Shown here in pieces: positions 9,910 through 19,115 of a stretch of DNA of 64,000 nt. Both the position numbers and the translations under genes were made by a program. Source of the DNA: Patescibacteria group bacterium (GTDB lineage: Bacteria > Patescibacteriota > Patescibacteriia > Patescibacteriales > UBA12075); assembly GCA_018897195.1 (NCBI GenBank), contig JAHILH010000001.1, forward strand, positions 412,565-476,564, read 5' to 3'. The notes below the pieces were generated by a model. It searched no databases. It worked only from the letters and a program-made list of their open reading frames with translations, and was not told where the DNA came from. Positions within the stretch are counted from its first letter, which is position 1, and the number at the start of each line of letters is the position of its first letter.

Positions 9910-12228
9910 TTATAACAAATAAAGTTCCGGATCAACATAAACACCATCCTTAATAAGTTCAAAATGAAGATGCGGACCATTGGAATACTGACCGGCGCCG
10001 GAAGTGCCTGGTGTGCCACCACTCTTACCCAGAAGCGCGGAAACATTAACTTGTTGACCGACACTCACACTAATCTGTGACAAATGACCATAAACAGTTC
10101 GATATCCATTACCGTGATCGATGGTAACATAACTATAACCAGACAATCCGCCATTAACAGCTGACACAACCGTCCCACTTTGTGCTGCCCGCACATTTGT
10201 ACTCTGACTGGCAGCAATATCAATACCCTCGTGAGCAAAACTATAAAGATATTTTGGATCATGAAATCCATAATTCACCCGACCCGAAACCGGCCAATGC
10301 AAAACAATCTTTGTCGCCCCTGTTTTTTCATTATATGTGTATGAACTAGTATTATTGCTTATTGCTGTAGGCGTAGTTTTGACACTTGTTGTCATTGTTG
10401 TCTTGCTACTTGCGCTCCCCCCAGTCACCACAACACTACTAGTGTTATTGCGCGCTTCATATTTACCGCCAAGCACAGAAACAGTTTTTTTCAAACTAGC
10501 GCCGCCATTAGTATTATACCCCACTTCTTTTAATACAATCTGATAATAATCACCAGTGTTTAGAATTGGGAGTTTGGCCACAAAGCCAATATTAACCGAT
10601 TTATTGGAACTGCTTAATGTCTTATTAAGACCAACGGAATAATAATCACTTGAGCCTATTCTCACTTCTTGCAAAACTTCACCAGTCCCATAATCAATAA
10701 TATACAGGCTATCTAGCCCTGGCGTGTTAACACCCTTTATCAGACTAAAACCAACTTTATTCAAATCCATTTCTTGCGCTGAACTTCTTAAATTAAATGA
10801 AGAAATAATTGTTCCCTTAATTTCATTCAATGTTTTTAAGCCAGGCATAGTACTTGCGGAATTAACCACCAAGCTTTGATCAATAATTTTATTGGACTCA
10901 TTAAGATTAACACTGCTATTTTTCACACCGACGCCATATTCTGCGCTCTCTGCCACTACTTTTTGCAATTGCAAATCAATATCGCTGTTCGTTCCATCCA
11001 AGATTCCCCCCAAGACCACAATCATCTTGCTGGAATTCTTACTAATTTTTAAATAATTCGGTTTAAAGATTATTTCCCGACCACTAATTGTCGGCAGCTG
11101 TGCAACAACAGTGTTATCAACTTTTAATTTTAAATTATTAAAATACGAATTTTTCAAACTGCCATTATTAACCAAAACAATCTGCTCGATCAAAACATCT
11201 TCACGGCCGCTGATTTCTTGCACAGTAAAACGACCAAAAACTTGACCCATGCTTCCCGCTACAATATCATGACTATAACCAATCAAAGACTCTTCAGTAA
11301 TACTTAATTCACCAAATAAGCCACTACTACGCACAAATTTATAAGTAGCTGATTTCAAAGACGCACTAGTCACTGCCGGTTTATTATTGTCACCAAAAAC
11401 ATTAGAACTAACTAATTCCAAAAACAAATCATTATTAATACAGGTCTCACAATTATTAAGATCAACAAAAATATTTATCTTTGTTTCATTATTATCAATC
11501 ACAAAAGCCTTGCTTCCCAAATTAAAAGTCAGTTCGCGATCATTAACGCTATTTTTTTCTGCCAAAACCACTCCGTCTTTTTCCAAATACACTTTAGCAA
11601 TTGCGGAACTATCATACAACCCCTTCAATGATACATTAATGGTGCTAACCTTGTTTTCCCCATTCAAGCTTCGCGCTCGTATTGTGCCGATATTATTATG
11701 TGTCGATCCCAAAGCCAAAGAAGTTTTCTTGGCACTATCCAAATTAACAGAAAAGCCGTAGGGATTAACATTAAAATCCTCCTCACCCGTATTGGCATAT
11801 TGTGACAATTCAAAAGCACTAATTTCCATTACCTGATTCCACCTGTAACCCAAACTTAAAAATTCCGCCTCAGATACTACAATCCTCTTCTTACCATCTC
11901 TGATTATATAAACAGTCGGATTATTTTTCACCTTAACCACCTCCGCTGTTTTCCACTGATTCAAATAAGCCGGCGCGATTGTCTTAATCTGGTTTAATTT
12001 ATTGCCATATGCTAAAAAAACCGCCTCATTTATATAAGCCTTCTTAATCTTTTGCGCGTGATTCAAATAATAAACCACCGGACTATCCGGATATTTTACC
12101 TGGGTTATATTCTTATCAATCCCCAGGGCCGCTTCGGCATTTTGCGCACGCAAAAAAAGCACACAAAAAGCACCAACCGCTAAAATTTTCCAGAATCTAT
12201 TTAAATTGTCTTTTGAAAAAATAAACAT
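9910..12228 (-). CDS. large secreted M23 (LytM-type) metallopeptidase
   Basis: C-terminal HEGIDIAA, GHLSQISVSVGQQV and GPHLHFEL. The start is probably the ATG at 12228 (MFIFSKDNLNRFWKILAVGAFCVLFLRAQNAEA, a signal peptide) rather than the track start at 12312. Confidence 0.8.
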   Translation of the reverse strand: MFIFSKDNLNRFWKILAVGAFCVLFLRAQNAEAALGIDKNITQVKYPDSPVVYYLNHAQKIKKAYINEAVFLAYGNKLNQIKTIAPAYLNQWKTAEVVKVKNNPTVYIIRDGKKRIVVSEAEFLSLGYRWNQVMEISAFELSQYANTGEEDFNVNPYGFSVNLDSAKKTSLALGSTHNNIGTIRARSLNGENKVSTINVSLKGLYDSSAIAKVYLEKDGVVLAEKNSVNDRELTFNLGSKAFVIDNNETKINIFVDLNNCETCINNDLFLELVSSNVFGDNNKPAVTSASLKSATYKFVRSSGLFGELSITEESLIGYSHDIVAGSMGQVFGRFTVQEISGREDVLIEQIVLVNNGSLKNSYFNNLKLKVDNTVVAQLPTISGREIIFKPNYLKISKNSSKMIVVLGGILDGTNSDIDLQLQKVVAESAEYGVGVKNSSVNLNESNKIIDQSLVVNSASTMPGLKTLNEIKGTIISSFNLRSSAQEMDLNKVGFSLIKGVNTPGLDSLYIIDYGTGEVLQEVRIGSSDYYSVGLNKTLSSSNKSVNIGFVAKLPILNTGDYYQIVLKEVGYNTNGGASLKKTVSVLGGKYEARNNTSSVVVTGGSASSKTTMTTSVKTTPTAISNNTSSYTYNEKTGATKIVLHWPVSGRVNYGFHDPKYLYSFAHEGIDIAASQSTNVRAAQSGTVVSAVNGGLSGYSYVTIDHGNGYRTVYGHLSQISVSVGQQVNVSALLGKSGGTPGTSGAGQYSNGPHLHFELIKDGVYVDPELYLL

Positions 12229-12428
12229 AAAAAAGCCGACGGCTTTTTGTATGGTTGGAAATTCATTTTCCACAACCAAAACAAAATCTGTTAAGATTAA
12301 ATAACATACCAATATAGCATACTTTTACTAAAATGTCAAACAAATGTAAGTAAATATGCTATTTGCAGTAATTATTTAGACAAAGACATTGGATAAATAC
12401 CTTAATATAAGCAAATTTCCCATAACTA

Positions 12429-12457
12429 TTGACAAATATTCAATAATATGCTAATAT
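12429..12457 (+). promoter_or_regulatory. sigma70-type promoter TTGACA-17-TAATAT
   Basis: TTGACA at 12429-12434, a 17-nt spacer, then TAATAT at 12452-12457. Confidence 0.55.
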
Positions 12458-12548
12458 AAAAAATCGTACAATGAAATTATCCAAAGTACGTAATATCAGA
12501 ACATTAACATTTTATTTTGCTTCACTCACCCCAAATGGAGGAATAACC

Positions 12549-13796
12549 ATGACTGAGATTATTGCCACACCGACCACGCAAACCAAGATTACCCTTTTGG
12601 AGAAATCAGCCTGGATCAAACTAGTGTCGGGCATCCGGAAAATTATTGCTGGAAATATCAGAATCACAAACGCCGAGATTGAAAAATCAATCGTGGCCAA
12701 CAACCCGAACTATGCCAGTAAACTGATTGACCTAGCCGCCAATACGGCCAGAAATTTTCACCAGAGCTATTTGGAATACCTGGCAGTAATGCAGCCACTA
12801 AGCTACGGCAACGAAGCCATGGAAGCATCCATTCTTGAATATTTGACGGGAAGCCTTCAAATAAAGAGCACCATCGCCAAGGCGGCCATCCTGGAAGCAC
12901 GAGCCGAGCTCAAGAAAATGGCTTTTGCCATGATGGAAAAAACTGCCAAGAACGAAGTCAAACCCGAAGATGTCCACACCAAGCCGACAAAGATCGCAGC
13001 ACGGATCAAAGATGACCACTATGATGGCGATCTGACTGAAAGTCTTTTTGGGATGTTGGTCGTCGCCACTGACGCACAGCAAAAGATTCTCTGGCAAGAC
13101 TGGCAGAAAAAATATCGGGAAGAGCAGAGGCTACGTTCCGAGCAAAGTGCGGCCGACGAAAAAGCCAGGAAAGAGCGGGCTACAGTCACGGCTACTGCCC
13201 GTGCGAATGAAGACGAAGCTAAAGCAATCGCCAAGGCCAAAAAAGATGCAGAAAGAGCACAGAGGCTCAATGAGGTTCTGCGCCGTCCGCGTGTGAAATT
13301 CACAATAGCCGGCCGAATCTTCTTTGCTTTTAACGTCAACCAAGAAGAAGCTTTCTTGTTGGACGACGGCACCTTCTGCGTTAACGACGGGGCGTTCTTC
13401 CGGGTTAACAAGAACCCTAAAAATGGCCGAACCTCAACCACAACTCTTGTCGGCGCAGAATTTGTTGTCGACAGAAAAGAAGAATCATCAAACATTAATG
13501 ACTCGCTTACTATGCCGTCCGCCTTTAGTCCGGAAAAAGCTCAGTCAATCTGGGTGGTTTACGAAGATCTATCTGGTCGTGAGCAAACAGTCAAAGCGAT
13601 GGTAATTCCCAGTAAACACTTCGTCAATCTGACGATTAACGATGACGACAGTGGAATACTCATCATCAACGACGAGAACGGAGGCCCTCTGTACCGAAAA
13701 ACGGCCAGCACGGAATTCCAAATTGGAACATGTCGACTGGCAACGAGGAGAGAAAAAACCGCCATCAAGGGACAAAAAATGTCCATGGCTGCGTAA
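12549..13796 (+). CDS. orphan hypothetical protein with foreign base composition (coiled-coil middle, beta-rich C-terminus)
   Basis: Long ORF. The preferred start is the ATG at 12549, preceded by GGAGGAATAACC; the track start is 12471. C/G-ending codons (gcc, acc, atc, aac, gac) contrast with neighbouring genes. No motif recognised. Confidence 0.7.
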   Translation: MTEIIATPTTQTKITLLEKSAWIKLVSGIRKIIAGNIRITNAEIEKSIVANNPNYASKLIDLAANTARNFHQSYLEYLAVMQPLSYGNEAMEASILEYLTGSLQIKSTIAKAAILEARAELKKMAFAMMEKTAKNEVKPEDVHTKPTKIAARIKDDHYDGDLTESLFGMLVVATDAQQKILWQDWQKKYREEQRLRSEQSAADEKARKERATVTATARANEDEAKAIAKAKKDAERAQRLNEVLRRPRVKFTIAGRIFFAFNVNQEEAFLLDDGTFCVNDGAFFRVNKNPKNGRTSTTTLVGAEFVVDRKEESSNINDSLTMPSAFSPEKAQSIWVVYEDLSGREQTVKAMVIPSKHFVNLTINDDDSGILIINDENGGPLYRKTASTEFQIGTCRLATRREKTAIKGQKMSMAA

Positions 13797-13821
13797 AAGC
13801 AATAACGTCCAAAACGTACAC

Positions 13822-13862
13822 AAAAAAGCCTGTAAACACTCACGTGAATACAGGCTTTTAAA
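13822..13862. terminator. bidirectional terminator between convergent genes
   Basis: Hairpin agcctgta/tacaggct flanked by an A-run and a T-run. Confidence 0.6.
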
Positions 13863-13880
13863 TTTGTAAAAAATATTTAC

Positions 13881-14723
13881 TTATTTCTTATCCTTATTCC
13901 GATTCAAATCAACCTCAGCAATCGTATACCCCTCCCCTTTTTCACCTGGAAACTTGACCATCACGCATTGCTTCAAAGTCCGGTGACCAATCACTTCGCC
14001 CTTTTTACCATCAACATCCACCTTTTTACCAAGTGGCGGCATTTTTTTAAATAACTCTTCATAACCGGCTTGCTCGTAAGCCAAACAGCACATCAAACGA
14101 CCACAAATGCCGGAGATACGATCCGAACCGCGATGAGAACATTGTTGCATTTCAGACATTTCTGAGGTAATTGAATCCAAGTTCTTTAAATGCCCACGAC
14201 AACACAAAGGACGCCCACAGTGACCACAGTCACCACAGATACGCGCTTCGTCGCGAATACCGATTTGTTGCAAACGAATACTACGTCCGAAATGACGGGT
14301 CAAATCTTTGACCAGATTACGAAAGTCGATGCGACCATCAGCGATAAAAGCAAAAGTGACGCGAGACCTATCGAAGGAAAAATGGACATCCAGGAATTTC
14401 ATTTCCAAATTATACTTCTCCTTCATTGACTTAGCATATTCCAAGGCATCCTGTTTGTCTTTTTTTGTTGGCAGACCCTCCGCGTCTCGCTCGGTTACAA
14501 AGCGCAAAATCGGCTTGATTTCTCGCTTTTCTTTTTCATCATCCGCCTTGGATTTTTTGTAAAATTCTTCTTCATTGACCTCGGTTAAACCGATAACCTT
14601 ACCGATTTCCTCGCCAATATCAGTCTTAACAACCACTTGATCATTTACATGAACATCAAGGTTATTCAAAGAAAAATAATATGTCTTATCCCAAGGGGAA
14701 AATTGTATTTGAGCTACTTTCAT
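13881..14723 (-). CDS. PSP1-domain protein (YaaT/RicT-like)
   Basis: Cys-rich PSP1 core CGDCGHCGRPLCC and CGRLMCCLAYE, with an N-terminus typical of the family. Confidence 0.8.
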   Translation of the reverse strand: MKVAQIQFSPWDKTYYFSLNNLDVHVNDQVVVKTDIGEEIGKVIGLTEVNEEEFYKKSKADDEKEKREIKPILRFVTERDAEGLPTKKDKQDALEYAKSMKEKYNLEMKFLDVHFSFDRSRVTFAFIADGRIDFRNLVKDLTRHFGRSIRLQQIGIRDEARICGDCGHCGRPLCCRGHLKNLDSITSEMSEMQQCSHRGSDRISGICGRLMCCLAYEQAGYEELFKKMPPLGKKVDVDGKKGEVIGHRTLKQCVMVKFPGEKGEGYTIAEVDLNRNKDKK

Positions 14724-14741
14724 TTAATCATTATTTCGTCC

Positions 14742-14910
14742 GTCATCCCCGCGAAGGCGGGGATCCAGGTACCTCGTAGATTGATTTCAGTATAAGGAAA
14801 ATTAAAATTTACGAAGTATTATTTATTATCTATATTTATATTAAGATTAGTCTCTATAACCACATATTCGAAGTCTGTGGCGCCTGGATTCCCGCCTTCG
14901 CGGGAATGAC
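14742..14910. mobile_element. MITE-like element, family 1, full copy (169 bp)
   Basis: Terminal inverted repeats: gtcatccccgcgaaggcggggatccagg on the left and cctggattcccgccttcgcgggaatgac on the right, around an AT-rich core. It fills the whole PSP1-tsf intergenic space. Confidence 0.8.
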
Positions 14911-14912
14911 GC

Positions 14913-15683
14913 TTATAGCACAATCCGAATAAACTTCTCAATCACCGCGCTCGCATCAGCCTCTTTCAAAACTTGCTCTACGCTTTTCTTGTCATCTTTG
15001 ATGTATAATTGCTTTAACAAACAAACTTCTTCGTAATATTTACTTACCTTACCACTCAAGATTTTTTCAATCATTTCTGCTGGTTTACCTTCCTTAGATA
15101 ATTGTTCACGATAAATATCTTTTTCCTTTTCTACCTCCTCAGCCACTACATCTTCCGGCTTCAAATAAGCAGGCGCCATTGCTACGGCGTGCATTGCAAT
15201 TCCACTTGCCAATTCAGCGTCAACAACTTTATTAAAAACAATGACACTCGCCAACTTCGCATTTGAGTGCACATAAGTTGCGACAAATTCACCAGTCTCT
15301 GTTTCAGTACCACCAAGAGTTAAATTTTCACCAATCTTCAAGATAACGGCATCTTTCTTTTGGCCAAAATATTCCTCAGCGCTACCAGTTAGTCCCGCCT
15401 CAGCTACTTCCGCTGCAAAAGCTTTAAAGTCGTCATTGCGAGCCACGAAATCACTTTCGCATTGCACCTTAACTACAGAAACTTTTTTGTTATCACCGGT
15501 CAAAGCAATCGCTACTACGCCTTCAGCTGTCATACGATCAGCTTTCTTCGCCGCCTTAGCGCCACTTTTCTTTCTAATAATTTCAATTGCTTTCTCAATG
15601 TCTCCACCTGATTCATCCAAAGCATTTTTACATTCAACCATACCAGCACCGGTGATTTCTCTTAATTGTTTAATTTTCTCCAT
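14913..15683 (-). CDS. tsf: elongation factor Ts
   Basis: N-terminal IKQLREITGAGMVECKNAL (UBA-like EF-Ts signature). Located downstream of rpsB. Confidence 0.95.
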   Translation of the reverse strand: MEKIKQLREITGAGMVECKNALDESGGDIEKAIEIIRKKSGAKAAKKADRMTAEGVVAIALTGDNKKVSVVKVQCESDFVARNDDFKAFAAEVAEAGLTGSAEEYFGQKKDAVILKIGENLTLGGTETETGEFVATYVHSNAKLASVIVFNKVVDAELASGIAMHAVAMAPAYLKPEDVVAEEVEKEKDIYREQLSKEGKPAEMIEKILSGKVSKYYEEVCLLKQLYIKDDKKSVEQVLKEADASAVIEKFIRIVL

Positions 15684-15721
15684 ATTGTTTTGATTATATT
15701 AATTTAATATATTTTATCGAC

Positions 15722-15814
15722 AGCTCCCTCTCCTTTGTAGGAGAGGGCTAGGGTGAGGTAGAGATTTTTAATAATACTCCCTCACCCCGACCCTCTCCCG
15801 GCGGGGCGAGGGAG
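15722..15814. repeat. GC-rich nested-palindrome repeat, family 2 (compact copy)
   Basis: agctccctctcctttgtaggagagggctagggtgaggtag ... ctccctcaccccgaccctctcccggcggggcgagggag. Both ends recur at 27653-27851. Confidence 0.6.
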
Positions 15815-15864
15815 TATACACACCATCTTCCTTCTAAAAAGAAAAATGAGATGCTTAATATTTG

Positions 15865-16596
15865 TTATTTAACAACTTCTTTTTTCGCCTCAACTTTTGC
15901 TTCTACTTTTGCTCCTTCTTTTTTACCTTCGATAATTGCTTCCTTGACTGAGTTCAAAATTAATTTAATAGTCTTAGTCGCATCATCATTAGACGGAATA
16001 ATATAGTTAATATTTTCTGGATTTGTATTTGTGTCACATACAGCCGCTACTGGGATGTTCTTTTTCTTAGCTTCCAAAATAGATGTATTTTCATTCTTAA
16101 TATCCCAAACGAAAATCAAGTCAGGCATTTTCATCAAGTTTACTAAACCGCCGACTTTTCTTTCTAATTTTTCAATTTCACGGTCAATTCCTAATTGTTC
16201 TTTCTTGGTATATTTTTCCAATTTGCCACTTGCACGATCATCGGTTAATTCTTTATATTTCTTTACTAATTTTCTCACTACTGGGAAGTTGGTCAAACAA
16301 CCGCCGATCCATTTTTCACAAACATAAGGCATGCCAGCCTCTTCTGCGATTGCCTTGATAGTATTCTTTGCTTGCATCTTGGTGCCAACGATTAAAATCG
16401 TCTTGCCTTCAGCTGAAAATTTCTTCATTAATTCCAAGGCATTTTCTAACATTTTTCTTGATTTAACCAAATCAATAACATGCACGCCATTGCGAGCGCC
16501 AAAGATATATGGCTTCATTTTTGGGTGCCATTTGCTTGTTCTGTGGCCGAAATGCATTCCAGCCTTGAGCATTTGCTCAATTGTAGGTGTGTTCAT
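15865..16596 (-). CDS. rpsB: 30S ribosomal protein S2
   Basis: MLKAGMHFGHRTSKWHPKM and the rest of the S2 pattern. Forms the rpsB-tsf pair. Confidence 0.95.
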   Translation of the reverse strand: MNTPTIEQMLKAGMHFGHRTSKWHPKMKPYIFGARNGVHVIDLVKSRKMLENALELMKKFSAEGKTILIVGTKMQAKNTIKAIAEEAGMPYVCEKWIGGCLTNFPVVRKLVKKYKELTDDRASGKLEKYTKKEQLGIDREIEKLERKVGGLVNLMKMPDLIFVWDIKNENTSILEAKKKNIPVAAVCDTNTNPENINYIIPSNDDATKTIKLILNSVKEAIIEGKKEGAKVEAKVEAKKEVVK

Positions 16597-16866
16597 AGTT
16601 TTTTTTCCTTTAATCCTCTACTCCTGGGTATATAAATTAAGCTTTAATTAGCCAAATTTACAAGGAATTATTAAATAATAATAGGAGTATGAGTGATTTA
16701 TTATATTTTTTGAATAAAAACATGGCCTATGTTTAAGCCATGTATATACACTATATAACATTTCTTCCCATTGTGTCAATATTGACAGATATCATTTTAT
16801 ATGATAAATTAGAATATGTTCAAAAAATGTTTTGAACTAAGATTAAAATCTTCAAGAGGGGTGTTT

Positions 16867-17175
16867 ATGAAAAAAATGTTCTTACCTTTGGCCCTTGTCG
16901 CTCTTTTCAATTTTACAAATTTTTCCATCACCACCGCTCAGGCCTGTGACGATAATGACATACTAGTTACAACCAAAATTAACATCATTGAAATCGTAAC
17001 AAAAAACACAAACGTGTGTCTCGAAGGCGGAAAAAATTATCGAATTATATCCCTCGATCGTGGCTACTTCTTTGACACATCACACATCAATACCAATGAG
17101 GAGGCTCAAATTCCACTAGACGAGGGTGTCTATATAATTGCCGATATAAAATGGTTGCGCAGTGTAGCCTTGTAA
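16867..17175 (+). CDS. small secreted hypothetical protein
   Basis: MKKMFLPLALVALFNFTNFSITTAQA signal peptide with SD agagggg upstream. The track start at 16816 lies 5 nt after a TAAATT -10 box. Confidence 0.5.
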   Translation: MKKMFLPLALVALFNFTNFSITTAQACDDNDILVTTKINIIEIVTKNTNVCLEGGKNYRIISLDRGYFFDTSHINTNEEAQIPLDEGVYIIADIKWLRSVAL

Positions 17176-17194
17176 AAAAATAAAAAAATTATCT

Positions 17195-17222
17195 AACCCT
17201 TGCGCAAGTGAGGGTTTTTTAT
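17195..17222 (+). terminator. rho-independent terminator
   Basis: Hairpin aaccct/agggtt followed by T8. Confidence 0.7.
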
Positions 17223-18296
17223 TTACCGAGTTATCACACCACCACCCAATAGTTCATTGCCACGGTAAAAGACAGCGCTTTGACCAATGGCAATGGCGCG
17301 CTGCGATTGAGAGAATTTGACGTGATATGATTTTTGGCCGTCATCACTTATTTCTGCTTTTCCAATCACACACTCTACACTTCTGTGTCGATAGCGAATT
17401 ACCACTTCGCAGGCAAATGGCAAGACTGGCTCTTTGCCGGAAATCCAGTTCACATTTTCAACAAACAATTCATCACGAAAAAGACCGGTGTCATTATAAT
17501 TATTGACGACATAGAGTATATTATGAACATAATCAAGTTTCACCACATAGTAAGGACCGGTGCCGCCGATTTCGATTCCCCGTCTCTGGCCAATTGTATA
17601 TAATGGCAAGCCCTGATGTTCGCCTAATTTTTTATCATTCAAATCACGAATCTCACCTGACTCTAATTTAATTTTACCTTTCAAGAAATCATTATGCTCA
17701 CCAGGCAAAAAACAAACATCTTGGCTTTCAGTTTTTAAATTTGGCAAATCAAGTTTTTCGGCAAGTTTCTTTACATCAGCTTTATCATAGTCAGCTAGAG
17801 GAAAAAAAATCTTTTTCAATAAATCCTGACTCAAATTATATAAAAAGTAGCTCTGGTCCTTGTTCTGATCTTCCCCTTTTAATAATTTATAAGTCATTTC
17901 ATCGTCCGACATGCGAAATTCGACATTCTTGATATAATGCCCAGTTGCCAAATAATCCGCTCCCAAATCCATGGCCCGCTTAAAAAGTTCACCAAATTTT
18001 ATCATCTTGTTGCAACGCACACAGGGGTTTGGGGTTTGTCCACCTTGATAGGCATCAATATAATAGTCGATAATTTCTTTTTGAAACTTCTCGGCAATAT
18101 TTAAGGGATAAAATTTAATACCCAACTTTTCGCAAACCAAACGCGCAGCGTCTTCAGCTGGTTTGTAATTATCGTTTAAGCGCATGAAAATACCGATAAC
18201 CTCATAGCCCTTTTGCAAAAGCAAATGAGCCGCCACGGCCGAATCAACACCGCCAGAAATTGCGATTGCAACTAATTTTTTATTATTGTTAATCAT
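17223..18296 (-). CDS. mnmA: tRNA-specific 2-thiouridylase
   Basis: PP-loop AISGGVDSAVAA, the conserved NPCVRCN motif, and full length. Confidence 0.95.
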   Translation of the reverse strand: MINNNKKLVAIAISGGVDSAVAAHLLLQKGYEVIGIFMRLNDNYKPAEDAARLVCEKLGIKFYPLNIAEKFQKEIIDYYIDAYQGGQTPNPCVRCNKMIKFGELFKRAMDLGADYLATGHYIKNVEFRMSDDEMTYKLLKGEDQNKDQSYFLYNLSQDLLKKIFFPLADYDKADVKKLAEKLDLPNLKTESQDVCFLPGEHNDFLKGKIKLESGEIRDLNDKKLGEHQGLPLYTIGQRRGIEIGGTGPYYVVKLDYVHNILYVVNNYNDTGLFRDELFVENVNWISGKEPVLPFACEVVIRYRHRSVECVIGKAEISDDGQKSYHVKFSQSQRAIAIGQSAVFYRGNELLGGGVITR

Positions 18297-18300
18297 AGGT

Positions 18301-18335
18301 TAAAAAAATCCCCAAAACTAATTAGTCTTGGGGAT
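18301..18335 (-). terminator. terminator after rplY
   Basis: Hairpin atccccaa/ttggggat followed by a T-run on the minus strand. Confidence 0.6.
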
Positions 18336-18360
18336 TTTCTGAGAGCTTATCTAAAATAAT

Positions 18361-18984
18361 TTACTTACCTTTCTTTGCTGGTGCTTTTGCTTTTTCATCT
18401 ACTGCCGCTTCTTTCTTTTTCGGTGCCAAGACATTAACGATTAATTCCCCAGGATGACCCAAGATTTCAACACTCTTAGCAATCGGTAAATCTTTCACGC
18501 GTATACTATCAGCAAAAGTTTTTAAGGCTGATAAATCAACTTCAACATTTTTTACTAAATTACCTGGAAGACATTTTACTTTTACCGTTTCTCTATTAAC
18601 CAACATCGTACCACCCATCTTTTTCACTGTTTCCGATTCGCCTACAAAAAGCAAAGGAATTTCTACGATAACTTTACGAGTTTCATCAACTTGGTAAAAA
18701 TCAACATGGGTAATATCCTCTTTCATTCTTGATTTTTGGATAGTTTTCACAATTACGCGAACTGAATCCTTGCTATCAATAGTTAGGTTAAAAATCTGTG
18801 ATTGACCAACTTTGTTGTAAAAATTAACAAAATCTTGCTTTTTCAATTTCAAATTAACATTTTTTGATTTTGGACCATAAACACACGCTAAAATAAAACC
18901 AGCGTCTTTTACATTTTTTAAATTTTCCTTAATATCTCTAGTCAGAGCATTAAAAACTAGTTCTTGTGACATATTTTTATACAA
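18361..18984 (-). CDS. rplY: 50S ribosomal protein L25 / general stress protein Ctc
   Basis: Two-domain L25/Ctc pattern with a Lys/Ala-rich tail. Confidence 0.85.
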   Translation of the reverse strand: MYKNMSQELVFNALTRDIKENLKNVKDAGFILACVYGPKSKNVNLKLKKQDFVNFYNKVGQSQIFNLTIDSKDSVRVIVKTIQKSRMKEDITHVDFYQVDETRKVIVEIPLLFVGESETVKKMGGTMLVNRETVKVKCLPGNLVKNVEVDLSALKTFADSIRVKDLPIAKSVEILGHPGELIVNVLAPKKKEAAVDEKAKAPAKKGK

Positions 18985-19026
18985 TTATAATCCAAATTAT
19001 TATTTTAGATTTTTTTTAATTACAAA

Positions 19027-19069
19027 CAAAAAAAATACAAGAATTTCAAGTGATTTTGCAAAATTCTTG
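19027..19069 (-). terminator. terminator after the RodA/FtsW gene
   Basis: Hairpin caagaattt/aaattcttg followed by a T-run on the minus strand. Confidence 0.55.
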
Positions 19070-19115
19070 CTATTTTTCCTTACTAAAAAAAGTTTAACAC
19101 ATTGTTGAAAAAAAA

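Noticed and set aside
13831-13856. A CACGTGAA core resembling the centre of a parS site (tGTTtCACGTGAAACa), about 16 kb from parAB.
   Set aside because: Only the central 9 bp match. The flanks do not match, and the sequence forms the loop of a bidirectional terminator. Other CACGTG occurrences (near 21897, 29071 and 47113) also lack the full palindrome. No convincing parS was seen by eye.
12512-13869. Eight overlapping ORFs of 63-158 aa on both strands (for example 13019-13495 minus and 13324-13605 plus).
   Set aside because: They all fall inside the one long plus-strand ORF, in the only GC-enriched stretch of the window. Open frames without SD or start context are expected where stop codons are rare. 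They are treated as shadows of the real gene.
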